Shown here: piece by piece, positions 56,783-64,000 of the stretch
Position numbering within the stretch: the stretch's first letter is position 1
Layout of the letters: every line of letters begins with the position of its first letter
Virus record (IMG/VR): IMGVR_UViG_3300002144_000072
Coordinates: 1-64,000 of that record
DNA length: 64,000 nucleotides
Strand: one strand, 5' to 3'
DNA from: a virus
Notes under the pieces: model-generated
What the model was told of the DNA's origin: nothing
Seen by the model: the letters and a program-made list of their open reading frames with translations, nothing else
Database searches by the model: none
Translations under genes and position numbers: made by a program

Positions 56783-56815
56783 TCTGTTAGCCCCTAATGT
56801 CTATTATTTATTGTA

Positions 56816-57172
56816 TTAAACTATACGAGCAGCAGCGTCTTCTCGCTGTTGTTCGAGTGTTAAATATTCTTCTTCTGTTAAACTAGTTGTAATACCCAAT
56901 GCTTTTTGTCTAATATGACGTAGCACTTTCCAGTCTGTACTGTTTAAATATTCTCGTTCTGTGCCGTTTGCTAGCTCAGTTTCTTTCTGTGCAGTTATTT
57001 CAGACGACATCAGTAAAACACTATTTGATGCAACATCAAAATAGTGCGTTTGACCTTCTATACTAGTATACTCTTCATCAGTGATCGGTGAAACTGTCAC
57101 TGTTGCAGGAACCGACGGTTCGTAGTTTAATATACTAATTACTGTGTTATTTTCTATACATACGTAGTGCAT
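56816..57172 (-). CDS. Tail fibre assembly chaperone-like protein
   Basis: REYLNSTDWKVLR...R..A motif, directly after a fibre gene. Confidence 0.6.
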   Translation of the reverse strand: MHYVCIENNTVISILNYEPSVPATVTVSPITDEEYTSIEGQTHYFDVASNSVLLMSSEITAQKETELANGTEREYLNSTDWKVLRHIRQKALGITTSLTEEEYLTLEQQREDAAARIV

Positions 57173-57174
57173 TA

Positions 57175-59448
57175 TTAGCTCCAAATTGCCATGTAGTTTG
57201 CCGCTGGTGTAGAGCGTTGTTCGGTGTTCTGTACATAAACTCTAACCCTATCTGCTAGTTGACTCCAGGTACAACGTAGCGAGTCGTTGCCATCAACTCC
57301 GCCTGCATAATGTATCACTGCAATCGACGGAACAAATGCTACTAGGTTGCCCATTGTTTTGCCGGCCGGTGGAAAAACGTCAAAATAGTTAGCACCGTTA
57401 TTAAACGAGCCAACTTGATTAGTGAATCCTGTTGTGCTGTAAACAGTATTGCCGTATGTAAATGTATACTGTGGTAGTCGACCGTCAACATATGTTTTAG
57501 TAGCAGCATGGTTAGCAGCAGTAGGTGCTCCAACTAGTGTTAAATACCCTGACATTGTTCCGCCAGCTAACGGAACTTTTGTAGTGTCAGATGCTGTCAC
57601 AGTTATGTCAGCACTTCCGTTAAAGCTAACTCCGTTGATACTTCTAGCAGTTTGTAATGTTGTTGCTGTTGTAGCATTACCACTAACATTACCAGTTAAA
57701 CTTGCAGTGATAGTACCTGCTACAAAATTACCACTACTGTCTCTAGCAACTACTTTACTTGCTGTGTTTGCTGAAGTAGCATCAACTGAAATTGTGACTC
57801 CGACTGTTGAACTAAACGAATCAACACTACCGCTAGTAGAAGTGTTAATCATATTAACATAACTACCCTTGGTTAACTGTTCAAGTGTTAACGATTCCCA
57901 AGATGGGCCACTAGCCCTTGCTCGTAGTACATAGTTGTCTGCTCCTAATCCTAGCATCGATGTTGTACCGGCTGCTGTCTGATAAGGTATTGCACCTAGG
58001 CCGCCGCCTACAATGTTAGTTGCAGTTGTTGCCAGTGTCGATGTATCAGCATTTCCAACTAAGCTGTTAGCATAGATGTTGTTAAACTTATATCCTACGA
58101 TACCTAAGTTTGTTGTATTGTCTCCAATAATTGCAGGAGCACTTGGGCCGCCTAACGATAAGGAAGTTGCAGAATCTACAAACGAAATATCAGGACCAGT
58201 TGACCCCATATCAAAATTCAATGTACCGGTTTGCGATCTAATAGTAGGAATTGACGAATCAACTTGTAATCTAAGTTGTCCTGAGCTACCTATGCTAATT
58301 CCGCTGTCTGCAACTGATACATCAATTAATGTACCTACTCGTTGTAAACTAGATACTGTGACTGTAGAATTGAGTGTTGTTCCGGTAATTGTGCTTGCTG
58401 CTGCTGGAACTGTTATATCACTAGTTCCGTTAAAACTTACCCCATTGATAGATCTAGTTGTTTCTAGTTGTGATGCACTAAATGCATTTCCACTTAGTGT
58501 TGCGCCAACAAAGTTAGTAGCCCGTACTTCATTAAATGTAGATACGCCGCTGTCTGCTGTCACATTCCCTGATAAGTTTCCTGAGAATGATGCAGTAATT
58601 AATCCTGCAGAAAAGCCGCCTTGAGCATTACGTGCAACGAGCTTGCCTATTACATTCGAGGATGTAGCATCAACTGACCACGTTTGTTGAGTAGTACCAT
58701 CAAAATTACTTCCAGTAATATAATCACCCTTTATAAGTGAATTAGTTGTGGATGCTCTAATTGTTATATTTTGTTGACCATCAAATGCAACATTGTTGAT
58801 AAACCGGCTATTTGTTAATTTTTCAGCGCTAGCTGCACTACCAGTCACATCGCCGTTAATCTTTTTACCGTCAGCAAGGTTAATACCTGCAATTAAATTA
58901 TTACTAATACCTAAAATTGAAAATGCAGGATTGATTGTAAATGCTTCTGCTGTTATAACAGCAACCGCAGTATCGTTGGTTTCTATAATTATAACTGGCT
59001 TAGGATTTCCTAGATAGTCATCAACTGATGCTGACCTAGCTCTAGTATTACCGAATCCGTCAACTGCTTCTGGACCAATAAATCTCCACTCAGTTCCTGT
59101 CCACACATTTAGTGTATTAACAGGAGTCTTCAACCATAATGCGCCCGGTTTTGGATCTGTTAACGGTATATCAGATAATGCTGCGGATCCAACAATCGCC
59201 CAACTAGTACCATCATATACATTAAGCACTCCGTTGGCTGAATCAAACCATAGCTGACCTTGCATCGGCCGGGACGGAGCAGATTCGTTAGCGAAGTTTT
59301 CTAATAGGTATACAAAATTTTCATTTTGCGTTTCGCCGTATCCTACATAGTTTCTGCCTACAAGGCCGAGACTAGTTGAGGTATTAATAGTTCCATCTTC
59401 AAGAACTATTAATTGTTCTCCGCTGTATTTGTTAATTATATAGGCCAT
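57175..59448 (-). CDS. Tail fibre protein
   Basis: Shared N-terminal module; three L.T.R.IN.V.F.G..DI repeats; HAATKTYVD. Confidence 0.75.
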   Translation of the reverse strand: MAYIINKYSGEQLIVLEDGTINTSTSLGLVGRNYVGYGETQNENFVYLLENFANESAPSRPMQGQLWFDSANGVLNVYDGTSWAIVGSAALSDIPLTDPKPGALWLKTPVNTLNVWTGTEWRFIGPEAVDGFGNTRARSASVDDYLGNPKPVIIIETNDTAVAVITAEAFTINPAFSILGISNNLIAGINLADGKKINGDVTGSAASAEKLTNSRFINNVAFDGQQNITIRASTTNSLIKGDYITGSNFDGTTQQTWSVDATSSNVIGKLVARNAQGGFSAGLITASFSGNLSGNVTADSGVSTFNEVRATNFVGATLSGNAFSASQLETTRSINGVSFNGTSDITVPAAASTITGTTLNSTVTVSSLQRVGTLIDVSVADSGISIGSSGQLRLQVDSSIPTIRSQTGTLNFDMGSTGPDISFVDSATSLSLGGPSAPAIIGDNTTNLGIVGYKFNNIYANSLVGNADTSTLATTATNIVGGGLGAIPYQTAAGTTSMLGLGADNYVLRARASGPSWESLTLEQLTKGSYVNMINTSTSGSVDSFSSTVGVTISVDATSANTASKVVARDSSGNFVAGTITASLTGNVSGNATTATTLQTARSINGVSFNGSADITVTASDTTKVPLAGGTMSGYLTLVGAPTAANHAATKTYVDGRLPQYTFTYGNTVYSTTGFTNQVGSFNNGANYFDVFPPAGKTMGNLVAFVPSIAVIHYAGGVDGNDSLRCTWSQLADRVRVYVQNTEQRSTPAANYMAIWS

Positions 59449-59468
59449 CTATGCCGCTCCTGAATTCA

Positions 59469-61298
59469 TTATGCTGGTAAAATTATATCGCTATCATGTT
59501 GCCAATATCTAGATCCTGCAAGACCTGCTATTGAAAACTGTTTAACAATTCTCGTGGTCGATACCGACTGCCCTGGAATAGTAGCTGTTGGGAACGAGAT
59601 ATTAGTGACTGCCGGAGCAGTTGCGCCGCCTAGGTTTGTTAAGAACTGTGCCGTTGACTGTGATGGAGGTAAAGAGTTAATAGCTAAGTTTACGCTTGAA
59701 TTACTAATCAAATTACACAACACTCTTGCAACAGTTCCTGTTCTAAACTCTGTAGGGGGAGCAAGATTATTTAAAATATTTGCAATAATGTATGTGTTTG
59801 GTTTACCGTCTGATAAATCAATACTGAATACTAAAGGTCTGCTTTCTATACGATTGTCAGTATATTCTTTTGTTGCTGCATCTTGTTCAGCTGCAGGATC
59901 TGCAAGACCTGTAATTTTCGGACTACCAATTAGTGCAACATTGCCAGCACCGTCTGGTGCTAACTCAATGTCTAAATCGCTAGACAATGTAGAAATCCTG
60001 TTATCTGCTAATCTCAAATAAGCAGGATCTAAGGCACCACCTGGGCCAACGTTAACCACAGTTTGCTTACCAAAAGACGTCACACCCGGAATACTAGTAA
60101 TTGCAGAACCTAAACTATTTCCGTTAATAACTAATGTATCTCCGATATATAGTGCTTTTCCCGATGCTAAATTTATTGTTTCTGAAATATCTAGCCAATT
60201 GTCTGATGTAGAATAAGCAATTGTTTTATCAGTGGCGCCTTTGATTGTAAGGCCTGCGCCGTTTGCGGTGTCATCAGTTGGAGATGCTACGTTAGCAATA
60301 ATGATATTAGTATCTTCAACAGTTAGTGTTTCGGTATTAAGTACCGTCTGTGTTCCCTCAACAGTTAAGTTGCCTATAACTGTTAAATCGCCGCCGATAG
60401 TGGTCACACTATCAGTAAAGCCATCATATATATCAACTGTTCTATTAACTGCACTAATAGAAATAGCATCTTCTTGATCGATACCTTTTCTAACGTTTAG
60501 TACTAATTTTTTATCAGTTGATGCATTAGACATGTAAACATCACCTGCCGTCACATACAAGTTTAACTGACCTGCACTACCTACAACTAGACCAAGGTCT
60601 GTAGTAATACGTAGTTGGCCCTCAAGAGCATTTGACGTATCTCTTCGAATATAAATTGTTGCTGCGGCGCCACCTAACTGCTCTGCATTGGTACAGGTCA
60701 CATCAAACTTAATTCCTGCTAATGTACCAGCATTAAATCCTGGTCCAATGCTTCCACTGTATCCAATGATGTCATTTTTAGGTGTAAAACTATCTTTAGC
60801 AAATATTCCTAGTAGGATACCGTTATTATAAAGATATGTGACTACTCGAGTTTGGTTAAGTGTATCAAGAATACTATCTACCTTTAGTCCGCTTAATCCT
60901 TGTGTATTTGAATAAGCAGGACCAATCAAGATCGGAGTAGTACCGTCAAAGAAATATAGCTGGCCGCCTACGTCGTCCCACCACAAATCTCCAATTGCCA
61001 ATGTACTAGGCTGTGTGTTTGAAATTGTAGCAGAACTTACAGGAATAAAACTACTGCCGTTATAGACCTTTAGTTTTAACTCGCTGGTATCATACCAAAT
61101 TTGACCTTTGATAGGATGTGTCGGAGCTGACGTACTAGAAAAGTTTTCTAGTAGCTTGATTAAATTCTCATTAAATGCTTCGCCGAATCCGCTGTAATTT
61201 TTACCAATAAGAGTAAGGTCAGTGGATAAATTATCTACTTGACCGTCTGCTACCGTTGCTACAATAGTTCCGTCTGTCTTGTTTATTTGATATGCCAT
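59469..61298 (-). CDS. Tail fibre/baseplate protein
   Basis: Shared N-terminal module; GNLTVEG, DAATKEY.D. Confidence 0.7.
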   Translation of the reverse strand: MAYQINKTDGTIVATVADGQVDNLSTDLTLIGKNYSGFGEAFNENLIKLLENFSSTSAPTHPIKGQIWYDTSELKLKVYNGSSFIPVSSATISNTQPSTLAIGDLWWDDVGGQLYFFDGTTPILIGPAYSNTQGLSGLKVDSILDTLNQTRVVTYLYNNGILLGIFAKDSFTPKNDIIGYSGSIGPGFNAGTLAGIKFDVTCTNAEQLGGAAATIYIRRDTSNALEGQLRITTDLGLVVGSAGQLNLYVTAGDVYMSNASTDKKLVLNVRKGIDQEDAISISAVNRTVDIYDGFTDSVTTIGGDLTVIGNLTVEGTQTVLNTETLTVEDTNIIIANVASPTDDTANGAGLTIKGATDKTIAYSTSDNWLDISETINLASGKALYIGDTLVINGNSLGSAITSIPGVTSFGKQTVVNVGPGGALDPAYLRLADNRISTLSSDLDIELAPDGAGNVALIGSPKITGLADPAAEQDAATKEYTDNRIESRPLVFSIDLSDGKPNTYIIANILNNLAPPTEFRTGTVARVLCNLISNSSVNLAINSLPPSQSTAQFLTNLGGATAPAVTNISFPTATIPGQSVSTTRIVKQFSIAGLAGSRYWQHDSDIILPA

Positions 61299-61314
61299 AT
61301 TTCCATCGACCTAA

Positions 61315-63426
61315 TTAGAATGCGGGTGGTCCAGATCTAATGATATAATTAATCGTTAGATATGGGTTCATAATACCAACAGCAGTGCTTAATGTTGTTC
61401 CTGAAGGCTTTTTAATTCCTCCAGAATCTTTCAGATACTGTGCCTGACCCGGAGCAGTAGGACCTAGTCCTGTCACTGCGTCTGGATCAATTGTTGTTGT
61501 GACTGCTACTGCTGCGTAGTCTTGTCTTGCAGAACTTAATGAGTGACTATGTTCTGGAAGATTTGCTAGTGTTAGTGTAGTCGAGCTCTGTCCTGCATCA
61601 CCACCTAGTGTTTGGGCTTTGATGTCTGGAACTCGACTTGCCGTGCCGCCACCGGCATCGACATAGCCACCTGATGCAATAGGAACAGTTCCAGCATTAT
61701 CCATGTTATCACGTCCCAGTGGAAATCTTCCTCTAAGATCTGGTAATCTAAACGTACCTACACCTACAAGTGCAGTTATTCCGTTGTATGCTGTTCCGAT
61801 TGTATCATATAAAGAGGAATACTTTGTTCTTTCTACTTCGGATCCGTCGCAGAATAAAAACCCGTAAGGTGCAGATGATCCTGCATACGGAAGTATAGCT
61901 CCCATTGGAATTCCTAAGTCTCCAACAAATGTGTCTCTTGTTTGTTTTAATAGACCTGAGGAAGTTGACGCCGCTTCGCTAGCTCTATAAGTTAGAATAA
62001 AGTCTGAAGTTTTAGATACGTTAGGAAACGGAGTGTCTTTTCCAGAAATAATATTAGCTGTAAGAGACGTGTTGAATACTTTTGTATAGCTACCTACTTG
62101 TCCGTCAAACTGTACTGCAGGAGAAATAACATCTCCTGATAGCTGAAAACTTGTGACATTGCGTAAGCTAGTAGCTGTATTAGAATTTCCGCTGATGTTG
62201 CCTTCTAGCACACCTTGAATAGTGTCAGCAATAATAGTTTTTGCTCTAACAGTATCCCAGCGTTTTAAACTTGTTCCTAGATCATAAGTGTCGGTAGTTT
62301 TAGGCTGAATGTTGTTGACCTGCAATGTACCAGTTATGTCGGCGCCGTCACCAACTAATAGATTCTTTGTTATCGATGCGCCACCTGCTGTTCGAATACT
62401 ACCGTTATTAAGATTAGTGCTAGAAGTGGTACTAGTGACAATAACTGCACCAGTTAATGTAATATTACCATCTATGTCTAATGTTTCAGTTGGATCTGCT
62501 TTGTTGATACCAATTCTATTATCAACAACTTTCAAAACAGTTGACGGAATGCCATTTCTGTTTGTCTGAATATCAATCGAACTACCTGCTGCAGAGTTGT
62601 AAATTTTAGCAGCAGTAGTTGTATTAGAAATATTAAATGTTCCGTCAACTCCTAGGGTAATACCATTGTTATTCCTAACGTTAAATCCGTAGTCAGTTGT
62701 ATTGATAACATCGGATCTTAAAAATTTACCGGCAGCAACAGCAACACCTGCAACATTCAGTGCGTCTGAATTTTTTGCTGTGCCATATAGTGTTGGCAAA
62801 AAGCCGCCAACAAATTCTGCAATTTCAGTACCAGTTGCTGGGGATGAAACGTTAATGCCGGATCTAATGATATCAAATCCGGAAATTAAAACTTTAGGCG
62901 TAAAGCTGTCTTTTGAGAAAACAATTATAGGAATGTCTGCAATATAAAATGTTAAAATATATTTTGTTAAGTTGTCAGAGTCAGCAATGCTTTCGACCAC
63001 TGGGCCGTATCGCAGACCGTCAACTGAACTTTCACTCGGACCAACTAATAACCATCGAGTTCCGGTAAAAATACGCAGTTGTTGATTAGTAGTATCAACC
63101 CATAACTCTCCAACTTTACTATCAGACACTGCTGGTTCTGATGGGCCTTTTTGGATACCCGATGCTGCTTTCCATGCAGTATTGTCCCATAGCATTAGTA
63201 CGCCGTTCGTACTGTCATACCAGATTTGACCTTCGATAGGATTAATTGGTTGAGTTGAGCTAGCAAAATTTTCCAATAATGCTAAAAAGTTTTCTGCAAT
63301 AATTTGACCATAACCTGTGACATTTCTGCCAGGAAATGTTAAACTTGTATCTGTACTCGAAGTATTATCAAATACAGTAATTGGAGTTTTATTATCGCTG
63401 TCTGTAAAATTAACGGTATATGGCAT
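61315..63426 (-). CDS. Short tail fibre-like protein with tail-collar domain
   Basis: PMGAILPYAG..AP.GFLFCDG...F.LPDLRGRFP.G; LPEHSH; NPYL..NYII. Confidence 0.8.
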   Translation of the reverse strand: MPYTVNFTDSDNKTPITVFDNTSSTDTSLTFPGRNVTGYGQIIAENFLALLENFASSTQPINPIEGQIWYDSTNGVLMLWDNTAWKAASGIQKGPSEPAVSDSKVGELWVDTTNQQLRIFTGTRWLLVGPSESSVDGLRYGPVVESIADSDNLTKYILTFYIADIPIIVFSKDSFTPKVLISGFDIIRSGINVSSPATGTEIAEFVGGFLPTLYGTAKNSDALNVAGVAVAAGKFLRSDVINTTDYGFNVRNNNGITLGVDGTFNISNTTTAAKIYNSAAGSSIDIQTNRNGIPSTVLKVVDNRIGINKADPTETLDIDGNITLTGAVIVTSTTSSTNLNNGSIRTAGGASITKNLLVGDGADITGTLQVNNIQPKTTDTYDLGTSLKRWDTVRAKTIIADTIQGVLEGNISGNSNTATSLRNVTSFQLSGDVISPAVQFDGQVGSYTKVFNTSLTANIISGKDTPFPNVSKTSDFILTYRASEAASTSSGLLKQTRDTFVGDLGIPMGAILPYAGSSAPYGFLFCDGSEVERTKYSSLYDTIGTAYNGITALVGVGTFRLPDLRGRFPLGRDNMDNAGTVPIASGGYVDAGGGTASRVPDIKAQTLGGDAGQSSTTLTLANLPEHSHSLSSARQDYAAVAVTTTIDPDAVTGLGPTAPGQAQYLKDSGGIKKPSGTTLSTAVGIMNPYLTINYIIRSGPPAF

Positions 63427-63429
63427 CTA

Positions 63430-63999
63430 TTAAACCTCCGTGAAACCAGTTAAGCTCTGTACACGGATTGTGTAATCGATCTGTAGTAATCTGTTCAATG
63501 ACTTTTGCACAGGGTGGAAAATAACGTGAGTTAATAGTTTGCCTGTTCCATTGGGATTATAACCTACTAAGCCTAATTCATCAAAAACAAAGTTTCCATT
63601 CATATCGACAGAGTTGTCAAACGCCTGTTGATCAAGTGGCTCACCGTAATCTAACAAACAACTAATTAAGATGTCACTATATGTTGCACCACTAATATGA
63701 CGTATTTCCATTTTATTTCGAATAGGATCTACGTTTTCAATTGCGTTTTGATCTACAACTTTTGTATATGTTTGATTATATAAACTAGAATTTATACCCA
63801 CGGTGTTTGGAGTTAGATATGTAATTAATCCAGTAGGATCAACAATTGTACCTCCTGTACCAAACGCCATTTGATAAACAGTGCCTTGCCCTTGATTACT
63901 CAAGCTCTGCACCATTGCTACGCTCATGTTTTCATAATGAATTGCATTACGTTTGTCGATGTAAATTTCTTTAGATTCCGGATCAAATATTTTAATATG
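63430..63999 (-). CDS. Baseplate-type structural protein (5'-truncated by window end)
   Basis: Frame open to the window end (HIKIFDPESKEIYIDKRNAIHYENMS...); FDELGL, LLTHVIFHPVQKS. Confidence 0.65.
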   Translation of the reverse strand, partial: HIKIFDPESKEIYIDKRNAIHYENMSVAMVQSLSNQGQGTVYQMAFGTGGTIVDPTGLITYLTPNTVGINSSLYNQTYTKVVDQNAIENVDPIRNKMEIRHISGATYSDILISCLLDYGEPLDQQAFDNSVDMNGNFVFDELGLVGYNPNGTGKLLTHVIFHPVQKSLNRLLQIDYTIRVQSLTGFTEV

Positions 64000-64000
64000 C

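Noticed and set aside
1-64000. Stop-codon reassignment, tRNA/rRNA genes, integrase or transposase
   Set aside because: Genes are intact and densely packed under the standard code; no cloverleaf, rRNA or recombinase motifs were recognised by eye.

Overview
A 64 kb segment of a large, AT-rich, T4-superfamily-like (jumbo-type) myophage, probably infecting a Gram-negative proteobacterium (two-component spanin, consensus sigma70 promoters, FdxA-type ferredoxin). The plus strand (1-44133) carries baseplate/fibre genes, a lone DnaE-like fragment, GroES-like, MazG-like, cytidylyltransferase, clamp loader, ferredoxin, dCMP deaminase, a GH19 endolysin-spanin-holin lysis cassette and dnaJ-def-clpA; phoH is on the minus strand within this arm. 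These are followed by a block of likely head-packaged proteins with T4-type capsid-targeting N-termini, family B DNA polymerase and probable clamp, and a ~10.5 kb 7-deazaguanine DNA-modification locus (DpdA-like transglycosylase, DpdL-like T-fold, GT-B glycosyltransferase, FolE, MBD4-like glycosylase, cupin, purine PRTase, HIT, QueE, methyltransferase), then RNase H. The minus strand (64000-44113) carries tail fibre/baseplate genes followed by a ~9 kb glycosyltransferase/radical-SAM/SGNH cluster. The most notable observations are the extended deazaguanine locus, a putative virion-glycosylation operon, putative protease-processed cargo polyproteins, a strong apparent avoidance of GTWAC, twin 8-nt-loop hairpins at the polymerase ribosome-binding site, and terminator hairpins fused with sigma70 promoters. 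All calls are from motifs read by eye; no database searches or counts were run.
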